From positions 1-36,742 of IMG/VR virus record IMGVR_UViG_3300001487_000076: 36,742 nt of DNA. One strand, 5' to 3'. The notes under the pieces were generated by a model. It had not been told where the DNA came from. It worked only from the letters and a program-made list of their open reading frames with translations, and did not search any database. Made by a program: the position numbers and the translations under genes. This document shows positions 1 to 8,236 of this stretch, piece after piece. The DNA comes from a virus. Every line of letters starts with the position of its first letter. Within the stretch, counting starts at the first letter, position 1.

Positions 1-168
1 GAAAATAGGCGGTACAGGATATTCCCTGAGTACGCTATCAATAAGAAGTGATGCTCTCTTTTTGTCCCACACATACCCTCTCTGAATAGCATTGTCAAAG
101 CGGATAGTTCCATTGTTCATACCCTTTACTATCTGATTAATGTTCCAAGAAATGTTTGCCTTTGTCAT
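1..168 (-). CDS. DUF262 / ParB-like nuclease-domain protein, N-terminal fragment (gene continues beyond the left edge)
   Basis: Reverse complement gives AGGAGG, a 9-nt spacer, ATG (166-168), then MTKANISWNINQIVKGMNNGTIRFDNAIQRGYVWDKKRASLLIDSVLREYPVPPIF. The QRxxVW...S.L..YP.P segment matches the DUF262 (GmrSD/BrxU N-terminal) signature as I recall it. It is open-ended, so it is absent from the ORF track. Confidence 0.6.
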   Translation of the reverse strand, partial: MTKANISWNINQIVKGMNNGTIRFDNAIQRGYVWDKKRASLLIDSVLREYPVPPIF

Positions 169-198
169 AATATTTTCCTCCTAAAAATTCAATATTTA

Positions 199-441
199 TT
201 ATAAGCTGATTGTCCAGCCTATACCTTTGTTTTTGATTGTGAACCCATTCTTTTCGTAGAAGTCTTTAAGCTCTTTATTGATAGTTTCCACAGGTTCATT
301 TTTAATTATATGATTGTATATTCTCGCCAATTCAAATGCGAGATAACTTGTAGGAAGATACTTTGTTAATCTTCCGTTGTCGAAAATGTCAATCAAAGCA
401 GATTTAACTTTGAGACAATTTTCTCTCTGCTTCTGAGTCAT
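199..441 (-). CDS. hypothetical early protein (80 aa)
   Basis: Track ORF 199..465. I prefer the internal ATG at 441 (MTQKQRENCLKV...) because GAGGAGGAAGTCA lies directly upstream. Confidence 0.6.
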   Translation of the reverse strand: MTQKQRENCLKVKSALIDIFDNGRLTKYLPTSYLAFELARIYNHIIKNEPVETINKELKDFYEKNGFTIKNKGIGWTISL

Positions 442-595
442 TGACTTCCTCCTCTTTTTTTCCAAGGAATATTATTGTTCCCAGAAACCACATTATAATT
501 GCTGCTCCGTCCGCTCCTACCTTATGACAGATGCAACCTAATGCTATCAGGAATATTCCCTGTTTAATATTTTCCTTTAAGCGATAGTGCTTCAT
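404..595 (-). CDS. small membrane protein (63 aa, hydrophobic core)
   Basis: Track ORF. A CAGGAGAC ribosome-binding site lies 7 nt upstream of the ATG. Hydrophobic stretches IFLIALGCIC and AAIIMWFLGTIIFL are present. It overlaps the next gene by 38 nt. Confidence 0.5.
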   Translation of the reverse strand: MKHYRLKENIKQGIFLIALGCICHKVGADGAAIIMWFLGTIIFLGKKEEEVNDSEAERKLSQS

Positions 596-621
596 TTGTT
601 GTCTCCTGTTTTTTTCTTTAT

Positions 622-879
622 TTATAAGTTTAGAGTATCAGCTTTTTGGAGTATATCATACATACGGAGTCTGTCATTTTCAAAGCGTTTTATATACTTG
701 TCTATTGAAATCTTTTCCAAGACCGAACAAATTCCATGATATACCCCCATAGAGTGATAATAGTTTTTGCATACAAGGTCATTATTAAGTCCCTTTTTAT
801 TTTTGAGAGCAGACTCCGCATCATTCAATGCGGAATCAAGCAGTTTATTAATTATATTTTCCATTTTTTTATTTTTCAT
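622..879 (-). CDS. hypothetical early protein (85 aa)
   Basis: Track ORF. A GGGAGAG ribosome-binding site lies upstream, abutting the stop of the preceding gene. Confidence 0.6.
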   Translation of the reverse strand: MKNKKMENIINKLLDSALNDAESALKNKKGLNNDLVCKNYYHSMGVYHGICSVLEKISIDKYIKRFENDRLRMYDILQKADTLNL

Positions 880-880
880 T

Positions 881-1777
881 TTACTCTCCCTTCAAATGCT
901 TTTCAGCACTTCCAACTTCATCTTCCAATCTTTCCAAAGTATAATTAATATCTCTCATGGAAGTAAAGTTGTTTGCTTTAAGTTGTTTATAAAAATGTTT
1001 TCCAAATCGCAGACAACGTATGGCATCTGAGATTTTCTCATAGTCAATATCCAAATAATTTCCTGCGAGAATAATCTGCAATGCCTCGTTGCAATGATTA
1101 ATACGCTCAGTGAACTCTCTAAGCTTTTCCGTATTGTCAAACTTTGCAGCCTCGGCAGCGGAGCGTTCTGCTTTAAGTTTCCGTACTCTGTTATCATAAT
1201 TATTGACGAGTGACGTATAGCCTGATTTATCAAAGTTATACTTTGATAATGAATCACATACATTGTCATAATACCAATCACCATTTTTGTGATACGGTAT
1301 CGCATAATAATTCCCATAGTCTATTTTTGTTCTGTATCTTACGGAATAATCCACAACTTTAAGCTCAGACTGTACAGCATATTTCCGTTCCTGTGCAATT
1401 ATCCAGTAGTGGCAATTCTTGTCTTTTCTTATTTTCTCAAAAGTTCCTTTACCTATTGCAGTATCGAACCAACGCCAGCCACTAACTGACTCATAGCCTT
1501 CAATTTCCCCTCTCTGACTCTCAAATTTTCCTCCCTTGATAAGGTGAACGAGATAATTATAGTTTGCATCCCAGCTCTTAGATGACTTGTACATTACAAA
1601 TATATTGACTTCATCAAGGTCAGGTTTTCCGAACACATTAAGAATAGAGTTGTATGTAAAGTTTCCAGTACACTCTATTATGGTAAATGGCTTCTGAAAG
1701 TCCATATCAGCAATAGCGTGAAGTCCCTGTAACGCTTTGCTATTTTCCTTTAACAGATTTGATAATGGTGTATTCAT
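881..1777 (-). CDS. hypothetical protein (298 aa), C-terminal helical region
   Basis: Track ORF. GGAGGAAATGTT lies upstream of the ATG, and a consensus promoter lies 50 nt upstream. Confidence 0.7.
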   Translation of the reverse strand: MNTPLSNLLKENSKALQGLHAIADMDFQKPFTIIECTGNFTYNSILNVFGKPDLDEVNIFVMYKSSKSWDANYNYLVHLIKGGKFESQRGEIEGYESVSGWRWFDTAIGKGTFEKIRKDKNCHYWIIAQERKYAVQSELKVVDYSVRYRTKIDYGNYYAIPYHKNGDWYYDNVCDSLSKYNFDKSGYTSLVNNYDNRVRKLKAERSAAEAAKFDNTEKLREFTERINHCNEALQIILAGNYLDIDYEKISDAIRCLRFGKHFYKQLKANNFTSMRDINYTLERLEDEVGSAEKHLKGE

Positions 1778-1823
1778 AACATTTCCTCCTCAATCACTTT
1801 ACGATTTGTTCTTCGGTAATTGT

Positions 1824-1852
1824 ATTATACTACACTATTTGTACTTTGTCAA
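1824..1852 (-). promoter_or_regulatory. consensus sigma-A promoter (leftward)
   Basis: The minus strand reads TTGACA (1852-1847), a 17-nt spacer aagtacaaatagtgtag, then TATAAT (1829-1824). It sits in the gap between genes 1908..2597 and 881..1777. Confidence 0.75.
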
Positions 1853-1907
1853 TAGGTTACATTGTACAAATAATGTAGTATTTATTTGTTACTTTTTTCC
1901 AATAGCT

Positions 1908-2597
1908 TTATATTCTATACTTCTTTACAGTCGTGTCATATGACCATATATTCATTTCATCGGCTGCATCCCTAACTTCTGAATACAGCTTTTCAACTTC
2001 CTCTATTTTCCCATTGAGGACAGCTATTTTTTCATAGGTATCAGCAATGTATTTGTCAATATCATTGACGATTTTTCCCTTTGCGTTATTGATTATGTCA
2101 GAGACTTTTTCCTCTGTCAGTTCTGAATATGTGTTACCCTCTCTGCTATCAATTATCCATACCCAATGGCGGTTATTCTTGTAGTTGAGGTATATTTCTA
2201 TTCCTCCGAAAGTTCCGTAGTTAATGCTTATGCTGAAAATATACATAACTTCTTTCGGAATAAGGGCGTGAATTTCATCATACAAATTTCCTCTACGCTT
2301 TTCCCCGATAGGCTTATTAGCGTACTTGTTTATAATTTCCCTTATCGTTTCCATATTCTCAACTATAAAAGCATTGAACATATTGTATTGGAGAATGTAC
2401 AGATATTCCTGTTTATGCTTTATTGTATTCTCCATATGAGCGTATTCATCAAGCTGCTTTTTCCAACCGTCTTTATCGGCAAGCCTGTCTTTGATGTCCG
2501 TCTTGAACATTTCCTTATTCATGGCATCGGCTTTTTCCTTACTCTCGTTGAGAGAAGTCATAAGCTCTGTATATTCCTTAATCATTTCATTTAACAT
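1908..2597 (-). CDS. hypothetical protein (229 aa), coiled-coil-like N-terminus
   Basis: Track ORF 1908..2687, trimmed to the ATG at 2597 (MLNEMIKEY...), which is preceded by AAGGAGGAAATTATT. Confidence 0.65.
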   Translation of the reverse strand: MLNEMIKEYTELMTSLNESKEKADAMNKEMFKTDIKDRLADKDGWKKQLDEYAHMENTIKHKQEYLYILQYNMFNAFIVENMETIREIINKYANKPIGEKRRGNLYDEIHALIPKEVMYIFSISINYGTFGGIEIYLNYKNNRHWVWIIDSREGNTYSELTEEKVSDIINNAKGKIVNDIDKYIADTYEKIAVLNGKIEEVEKLYSEVRDAADEMNIWSYDTTVKKYRI

Positions 2598-2683
2598 AAT
2601 AATTTCCTCCTTATTTTTCATATAACGATAAGTTCCAAGAATTTCCAAGCTCATAATAAAGTCCATACTTTGCAAAGAGCTTT

Positions 2684-3214
2684 TCAAACTTTTCCTTTTG
2701 TATTAACCAAAGGATTTCTGAGCGAATTTCCGTTCTGTCCAGCGATAACAAATGTCATTTCTCTGCATGGGTCAATAACACAATCGAAGTCCAAAATTTC
2801 CCATTTATTAGACGTAGTTTTTAGCTCACAATGTAGCCAAGCTCTTGTATTCTGCCATGTTGATATAGTAGAATCCGACTCTCCATCAATTTCATAATAG
2901 AAATAGTCATATGTATCAAGAGGCACATTTTCCAAAGCAATGTCAAGAGCTTCGGATTCTCCGAATGTATACTCATTCATATTTCTCACATTGTCCTCAT
3001 ACCTTTTCCAAACACCGACTGCATCAGCAATGTTTTCTTTTCCGTCAGCATTGTAATCGAGATATAAATTATTTTCCCCCCTTAGAAGGTCATTAATAAT
3101 ATTGTCTTTAATTTCCTCGCCGTACCATGATTCATAACCATTAGAAGGTCTTGCGGATGGCGGTGCTGGTAAAATTCCAGTGATTAAACTTGCAATTATA
3201 ATTCCTTTTAACAT
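2684..3214 (-). CDS. secreted or anchored protein with one dockerin/EF-hand-like Ca-binding loop (176 aa)
   Basis: The hydrophobic N-terminus MLKGIIIASLITGILPAPPSA looks like a signal peptide or anchor. DYNADGKENIAD fits D-x-N-x-D-G-x-x-x-x-x-D and is followed by AVGVWKRY, like one dockerin repeat. An AGGAGG ribosome-binding site is present. Confidence 0.65.
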   Translation of the reverse strand: MLKGIIIASLITGILPAPPSARPSNGYESWYGEEIKDNIINDLLRGENNLYLDYNADGKENIADAVGVWKRYEDNVRNMNEYTFGESEALDIALENVPLDTYDYFYYEIDGESDSTISTWQNTRAWLHCELKTTSNKWEILDFDCVIDPCREMTFVIAGQNGNSLRNPLVNTKGKV

Positions 3215-3228
3215 AATATTTTTCCTCC

Positions 3229-3393
3229 TTACTTGACTATATCAATATCATTTGTTGTGATAATGAATATTAAGTTTTCCACTTCTGATAATCTACTTTC
3301 AGTATCAGCTTTTCGTTTTTGTCCAATATACTTATTTTCCAGTTCCTTTGTGTAGATTTCTCTACGCTTTTTTAATATTTCCAATACCGTCAT
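3229..3393 (-). CDS. hypothetical small protein (54 aa)
   Basis: Below the track cutoff. AAGGAGGATTGAGCT precedes the ATG at 3393. The product is MTVLEILKKRREIYTKELENKYIGQKRKADTESRLSEVENLIFIITTNDIDIVK, and it fills an otherwise empty gap. Confidence 0.55.
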   Translation of the reverse strand: MTVLEILKKRREIYTKELENKYIGQKRKADTESRLSEVENLIFIITTNDIDIVK

Positions 3394-3396
3394 AGC

Positions 3397-3582
3397 TCAA
3401 TCCTCCTTGACAACCTTTATTACTCTTACTTTCCATTCCGTTCCGCAAATGTTTATGAAGTGACTTCTAAATTTTCCATAAGCCTTACAGAGTTTTGATA
3501 CATCCCTCCAAACTTTCCGAGTATCTTTAACATCAGAATATTCCTTAATAGCTCCATTGCTAAAATATACTGTTATTCTCAT
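3397..3582 (-). CDS. hypothetical small protein (61 aa)
   Basis: Track ORF. A GGGAGGTA ribosome-binding site is present, and the start overlaps the upstream stop as ATGA. Confidence 0.6.
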   Translation of the reverse strand: MRITVYFSNGAIKEYSDVKDTRKVWRDVSKLCKAYGKFRSHFINICGTEWKVRVIKVVKED

Positions 3583-3995
3583 ATTGCTGATACCTCCCTT
3601 ATTCCATTGTACGAAAGTCCCTCGCCATCAGTTCCAGCGTATACTACTTCACATTTTTCCGTGAGATATTTAGTCTGAATTTCTATCATTTTATCAAATT
3701 CTTTCTTATTTCCACCGACTTCAATATAGTCCGCTAAGTAATGGTCATAATGACTGCCCTCTCCACAATATTCCCAAGCTTTATGCTGGTCATAGAATGT
3801 AGATATTCCACCATACGCAAAGCAACTTTCAAGCATATTTAATGCACTCATTTCCTCATAAAGTTGTTTAGCAGAATCAGACCATTTTTTCCAATTGCCT
3901 ACATTTCCGTACTGACTGCATATTTCCTCGATAAGATTATCCCTCTGTCTTGATGTACAGCCATTAGGGAATATTTTACTTAATTTGTTTACCAT
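3579..3995 (-). CDS. hypothetical protein (138 aa)
   Basis: Track ORF 3579..4376, trimmed to the ATG at 3995 (MVNKLSKIF...), which is preceded by AAAGGAGGAAATTACT. The longer form would overlap gene 4069..4617. Confidence 0.6.
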   Translation of the reverse strand: MVNKLSKIFPNGCTSRQRDNLIEEICSQYGNVGNWKKWSDSAKQLYEEMSALNMLESCFAYGGISTFYDQHKAWEYCGEGSHYDHYLADYIEVGGNKKEFDKMIEIQTKYLTEKCEVVYAGTDGEGLSYNGIREVSAI

Positions 3996-4068
3996 AGTAA
4001 TTTCCTCCTTTAAAAATTTCCTTATCGTATATGGTAATGGGACTTGCAAGTGCCCATTATACTTTTTC

Positions 4069-4617
4069 CTATCGTGTTTTACAGCCGTAAACTTTCCTTG
4101 CAAAGTGTGGTATGTGGGTATAGCGTGAACTTTCCACAAGTTTTGTGTGAATTTCCTGTTCTGACCGTGAATCACTCCAATTCTCATTCCAACGTGAATA
4201 GTAGTTTCTGCCTTTTCCCGTAAGAATCTTGACTTCAAAGTGATTATTTCCGTCATGGTGACTTGCATTGATGTGCATATGACCGTCCTCGTCATAGATT
4301 TCCACATAGTCGCAGTCAGACCAGCACTTATGAAGTTCGTTATATGATATAACTTTTCCAGCAGAGTATGTGCCATTCCATCTGCCTACAGTTCCGATGA
4401 CAAGAATTTCCTTACCCTCAAAGAAGTTTTCCAGTTCGCTTGTAACACTTTCCCAGTCCATCTGTTCATTGAATGACATTTCATCCCACACTTCACTGTC
4501 TGGAATATCGTCAATAGTTTCCCAGCCGTTGTCCTCGCCTCTATCTTCCAGCAAGAACTCTCTTGTTGCTTTTTCCCTGTCACTGTCATAATAGTTTGAG
4601 AATATAATATTTTTCAT
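4069..4617 (-). CDS. hypothetical protein (182 aa), acidic N-terminal half
   Basis: Track ORF with a GGAGGAAAAGTAA ribosome-binding site. The N-terminus is rich in D and E. Confidence 0.65.
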   Translation of the reverse strand: MKNIIFSNYYDSDREKATREFLLEDRGEDNGWETIDDIPDSEVWDEMSFNEQMDWESVTSELENFFEGKEILVIGTVGRWNGTYSAGKVISYNELHKCWSDCDYVEIYDEDGHMHINASHHDGNNHFEVKILTGKGRNYYSRWNENWSDSRSEQEIHTKLVESSRYTHIPHFARKVYGCKTR

Positions 4618-4989
4618 TTACTTTTCCTCCTCGCAAAGTTCCTTATGTGCATCATAGCTTGATATACGTTTGAGTTCCACTGTAATATATTCTCCGTCAG
4701 AAGATATTTCCAGTCTGTACAAACGGATATATTCATAGTATCTATTTTCCGAAAGTCGTGACTTGACAAAAGTTTTTCCATCAACACCATTATCACGATA
4801 ACCGAGATAGAACACTTTATTTTCCGCACCCGTGATAGCACACTCTATCCGCTTTAAGTCTATGAATACATCGCTTGCATAGTATTCACATACAATTGCA
4901 GCGTGAATAAGTTCCGAAAAGATAGAGCTATAGTTCAGACAGCCTATCTGAGCTTTTTCCGTGATTGGTTTAGAGTTTATGTGTAACAT
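4618..4989 (-). CDS. hypothetical protein (123 aa)
   Basis: Track ORF with a GGAGGAAAATAAT ribosome-binding site. Confidence 0.65.
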   Translation of the reverse strand: MLHINSKPITEKAQIGCLNYSSIFSELIHAAIVCEYYASDVFIDLKRIECAITGAENKVFYLGYRDNGVDGKTFVKSRLSENRYYEYIRLYRLEISSDGEYITVELKRISSYDAHKELCEEEK

Positions 4990-4990
4990 A

Positions 4991-5200
4991 TTATTTTCCT
5001 CCTGTCATATCATATCGTATATTTTCCATTTCTTTTTTGATTTCATTAAGATATATTCTTATTTTATCATTTTCGGAGGAATTACTCATACGCTGTATAA
5101 TATCAGCCTGTACGGATACACGCATAGCCAAATCACAAAAACGCATATATCTATTCCAGTGAATTTTGTTCCATTTCATTTTCTTCTGACGTTTATTCAT
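4991..5200 (-). CDS. hypothetical small protein (69 aa)
   Basis: Track ORF with a GGGAGGAAAATAACT ribosome-binding site. Confidence 0.6.
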   Translation of the reverse strand: MNKRQKKMKWNKIHWNRYMRFCDLAMRVSVQADIIQRMSNSSENDKIRIYLNEIKKEMENIRYDMTGGK

Positions 5201-5202
5201 AG

Positions 5203-5454
5203 TTATTTTCCTCCCTTAAACCAAGGATTATCCGCACAATTACAGGTTGACATAGCAATTGCATATATACGGTCAGTCCACCTTCTGTTTGTTATAATTT
5301 TTCCATTATTATTACGGTAATGTGAATATATCCACGATACGCATTTTTTAAGGTCATAGTCCTCATAAACAATAGCCTGTTTTCCAAAACGCTTGCTATC
5401 AGCTTTGACCACAAAGGAATTTCCAGTGTTGAATATATGAAAATTTCTATACAT
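5203..5454 (-). CDS. hypothetical protein (83 aa)
   Basis: Track ORF 5203..5601, trimmed to the ATG at 5454 (MYRNFHIF...), which is preceded by GAGGAAAAAGCT. The longer form would overlap 5465..5698. Confidence 0.55.
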   Translation of the reverse strand: MYRNFHIFNTGNSFVVKADSKRFGKQAIVYEDYDLKKCVSWIYSHYRNNNGKIITNRRWTDRIYAIAMSTCNCADNPWFKGGK

Positions 5455-5464
5455 AGCTTTTTCC

Positions 5465-5698
5465 TCACATTCTGATACATTCATCGAGATAGACGGTATA
5501 TCCGTGGTATCTAAAATACGCACGTTCTCCGTAATGAACTTTAGCCTTATGGTATGTGGGTTTTCCGTTCCAAGCTCCAGCGACAAAGTACACATAATCA
5601 TCTATGCCGTACTCTATGTGCTTAATTTCCAGTCCGTTGCAGCCACTCCAATAAGCTATGGACTTATTATTTGTGCAAATTTCCTTTTTAGTTGGCAT
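5465..5698 (-). CDS. hypothetical protein (77 aa)
   Basis: Track ORF with an AAGGAGGGATAAACT ribosome-binding site. Confidence 0.6.
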   Translation of the reverse strand: MPTKKEICTNNKSIAYWSGCNGLEIKHIEYGIDDYVYFVAGAWNGKPTYHKAKVHYGERAYFRYHGYTVYLDECIRM

Positions 5699-5701
5699 AG
5701 T

Positions 5702-5833
5702 TTATCCCTCCTTGATGATTGAACAAATACAGCCATTGACGATACATAAGTCACCAATGACATAGTTTTTCCGTGTATGAATTTTGGCAGTCCAGCCATA
5801 GTCAACGCATTTGACAGTATAGATTTTTTCCAT
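5702..5833 (-). CDS. hypothetical Cys-rich small protein (43 aa)
   Basis: Below the track cutoff. GGGAGGACTGAACT precedes the ATG at 5833. The product is MEKIYTVKCVDYGWTAKIHTRKNYVIGDLCIVNGCICSIIKEG. Confidence 0.5.
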   Translation of the reverse strand: MEKIYTVKCVDYGWTAKIHTRKNYVIGDLCIVNGCICSIIKEG

Positions 5834-5847
5834 AGTTCAGTCCTCCC

Positions 5848-6042
5848 TCAGAATGTAAAGTCAGTGTATACCTCAGTTTTTCCGCTGAGATAACGTGTAT
5901 AGCTTATATCATCAAAACGACCGCACTCATATTTCTTTTCAGTGCGGTCATATTCTCCACGGATAAAGACTTGCTTTTCCGTTGGATTTTCTATAGGTTT
6001 AAGGGTAAAGTATTCCCCTATTTTTAGGTCTTTGATTAACAT
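5848..6042 (-). CDS. hypothetical small protein (64 aa)
   Basis: Track ORF 5848..6060, trimmed to the ATG at 6042 (MLIKDLKIGEYF...), which is preceded by GGGAGGAAAAACGTCC. Confidence 0.6.
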   Translation of the reverse strand: MLIKDLKIGEYFTLKPIENPTEKQVFIRGEYDRTEKKYECGRFDDISYTRYLSGKTEVYTDFTF

Positions 6043-6248
6043 GGACGTTTTTCCTCCCATATTCTCAGTTCATTTTCCACATATTCATAGTGGTCGAGTG
6101 CAGCCCAATCCAAGAAGATAGGTGCAAATTCAGCTTTTCCAAGCCATTTTAAGTTATTGTTATGGTCATAGTATGCTACTATCTGATTAGGCTTGATAGT
6201 ACCATTTTCCAAACCTTTATCGAGAAAATTTCCGATTGTTATTTTCAT
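6036..6248 (-). CDS. hypothetical small protein (70 aa)
   Basis: Track ORF with a CAGGAGGGCTGAACT ribosome-binding site. Confidence 0.6.
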   Translation of the reverse strand: MKITIGNFLDKGLENGTIKPNQIVAYYDHNNNLKWLGKAEFAPIFLDWAALDHYEYVENELRIWEEKRPC

Positions 6249-6251
6249 AGT

Positions 6252-6611
6252 TCAGCCCTCCTGTGAAATTTTAGTCATACGTTTTACAGCATTTCCAATA
6301 CGACAATACCATGGTGTTATCTGCTGCCAAAATCCGCACTTTTCCACTTTCACAAATACGGCATAGTTATCACCAAGAAATCTGTCATTGTACCATACGT
6401 CAGAATTTCCATTCTGAGAGCCTATCTTGTACTGTTTTCCAGTAGGTGTTGTAACTCCGCTAACTATTCCCAAAGGGATATTTTTAGAGTTGTAGAGTTT
6501 TCCAGTTTCAACATCAAGTCTAATTCCAGCAGCTCTAAGGCGTTCTTTTTCCTCAGAAATTTCCTCAGTTGTAAGACGTTTAAAGCCTCTTAAATATCCA
6601 GTTTTAGTCAT
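6252..6611 (-). CDS. hypothetical protein (119 aa)
   Basis: Track ORF with a GGGAGGCTAATACT ribosome-binding site. Confidence 0.65.
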   Translation of the reverse strand: MTKTGYLRGFKRLTTEEISEEKERLRAAGIRLDVETGKLYNSKNIPLGIVSGVTTPTGKQYKIGSQNGNSDVWYNDRFLGDNYAVFVKVEKCGFWQQITPWYCRIGNAVKRMTKISQEG

Positions 6612-6615
6612 AGTA

Positions 6616-6903
6616 TTAGCCTCCCAAAAAGATATTAAGCACCTGTCTACTTTGGATATGACAGAGTAGCTTTAAGGCTTGCAGAAAATTCCACAAGCCT
6701 CCATCAGCGTTATGCTTTTTTGAAAATGTAGGCGGTCTTGAATAGTATTGCACATTATTTGCAAAATTCCAACTTAAACAGCTTACATTTTCCTTGACGT
6801 TGTAATGGTATGGTGGTAAAAAGAGTGCAAAGAAAGGTAAATTTTCCCTTAGATTGAACCACGTTTCACCTATCCAATACCGCAAAGAGTATTTGTGTGT
6901 CAT
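6616..6903 (-). CDS. hypothetical protein (95 aa)
   Basis: Track ORF 6616..6918, trimmed to the ATG at 6903, which overlaps the upstream stop as ATGA. Confidence 0.5.
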   Translation of the reverse strand: MTHKYSLRYWIGETWFNLRENLPFFALFLPPYHYNVKENVSCLSWNFANNVQYYSRPPTFSKKHNADGGLWNFLQALKLLCHIQSRQVLNIFLGG

Positions 6904-7160
6904 AAAGTTTCCCACCACCTTTTACCGCCTCCGTTGATACCGAAAGTGTCACAAAATGAATTTATATGTCTCATAGTTGTGGCAGAATATCCATCCCACA
7001 ACTTTTCCAGTTTACCGTCAGAAGTAAGACGGAGAACGGGAGTTGTATAGCTGATTAGAGTTTTATCCCCATTTTCAGCCATAACAACACGGGCTTTACC
7101 GTAAAAACTTTTATGAGAATCTGTTGGACGCAGTTCAACAATATTGCCATTTACTAACAT
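6900..7160 (-). CDS. hypothetical protein (86 aa)
   Basis: Track ORF. Its leader TAATTTTAGGAGGCTAATATT-ATG is nearly identical to the leader of gene 7288..7596. Confidence 0.65.
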   Translation of the reverse strand: MLVNGNIVELRPTDSHKSFYGKARVVMAENGDKTLISYTTPVLRLTSDGKLEKLWDGYSATTMRHINSFCDTFGINGGGKRWWETL

Positions 7161-7287
7161 AATATTAGCCTCCTAAAATTAGATTTATACAGTTAGTCAC
7201 GGGCTTGTAACCGTCTGACTGGCTGCATTAAGGGCGTATAATACACCCCTACTCTGCATTATTAGCTATATGATTTGTACTTTGTGA

Positions 7288-7596
7288 TTATACAAAATTA
7301 AAGTCTGAATTGACCTTTTCAAGAGCGACTGATTCTTGATTAAATGCCTGTTTTAAGACTATAGCAAGCCTCTTGATTTTTTCGAGTTCACTTCCAGTTA
7401 TTTCAATACGGAGTGTAGGCTCATTAACGATAGTACCATCATCATGAGTATAGATACCCATAGCCTCAGTTATAGTGCCATAGCCTACAATATCAGTAAC
7501 CAGATTTGAGGCTATTTTGAACGCATTGAGAGTGCTTATCTCTTGTGCTTTGCTGTCTTTATCGAACAGTCCTAAAAAAAGTATAAATTTTGTCAT
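7288..7596 (-). CDS. hypothetical protein (102 aa), first gene of the leftward arm
   Basis: Track ORF with the leader TAATTTTAGGAGGTCATTATT-ATG. Confidence 0.7.
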   Translation of the reverse strand: MTKFILFLGLFDKDSKAQEISTLNAFKIASNLVTDIVGYGTITEAMGIYTHDDGTIVNEPTLRIEITGSELEKIKRLAIVLKQAFNQESVALEKVNSDFNFV

Positions 7597-7693
7597 AATA
7601 ATGACCTCCTAAAATTAGAATTATGGTTGCACTTTTCAGCGGATTTACGCTAAATTGTACATATAGCGGTATCAGAATCAGCTCTAATACCGC

Positions 7694-7722
7694 TTGACAA
7701 AATGCTATAATTTGAGTATAAT
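7694..7722 (+). promoter_or_regulatory. consensus sigma-A promoter (rightward) firing into noncoding DNA
   Basis: TTGACA (7694-7699), a 17-nt spacer aaatgctataatttgag, then TATAAT (7717-7722). There is no RBS-preceded plus-strand ORF downstream before the terminator at about 8260-8288; the longest is 25 codons. Confidence 0.65.
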
Positions 7723-7974
7723 TATAGCATAGAATTATTGTAATTAGTAGTCCGTACAAATTTTTTACCGCAATACGGCTCACGCCTTAACGCCTCTTTA
7801 CAGAGTCGGGACTACCTAAAAATTTTTCAAAAAGTCCCTTTATTCAGCTATTTTTCGGTATTAGCTATTTTATTTCACCGTCTATGTTTTAAGGTAATAC
7901 CGCACAAAATTAGTGTTATTGTACAGTAAGAACATAGTACCTATTGACAACATCAACTTTGTCACGCTGTACAG

Positions 7975-8003
7975 ATTATACAGAAGAGATATTGCACTGT
8001 TAC
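7975..8003 (-). promoter_or_regulatory. possible internal leftward promoter
   Basis: The minus strand reads GTAACA (8003-7998), a 17-nt spacer, then TATAAT (7980-7975). The -35 matches 4 of 6 positions. Confidence 0.3.
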
Positions 8004-8236
8004 GGCACTGTTTATTTTGCGTGGACTGCTCCACGGTATAAGCGTTGAAACTTTTTCAAGTCGCTTATAGCGGAAAATTGTTTATTTTCGGCTGCTATAC
8101 TTTGGCAATAGCTGCCTGCCATGTTATTAGGCACGTTGGCACACGCCCCGTACACTTGCATTATAACTAACGGTGTACGTCCCTATGATATACCGTAATA
8201 CCACAAAATTTGCGGCGTTAACTGAATTCTTTTAGC

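Noticed and set aside
7559-7783. Track ORF 7559..7783 (-), 74 aa.
   Set aside because: It overlaps the start and ribosome-binding site of gene 7288..7596 and the 7694-7722 promoter. It has no ribosome-binding site and a hydrophobic, low-complexity translation typical of AT-rich noncoding DNA.
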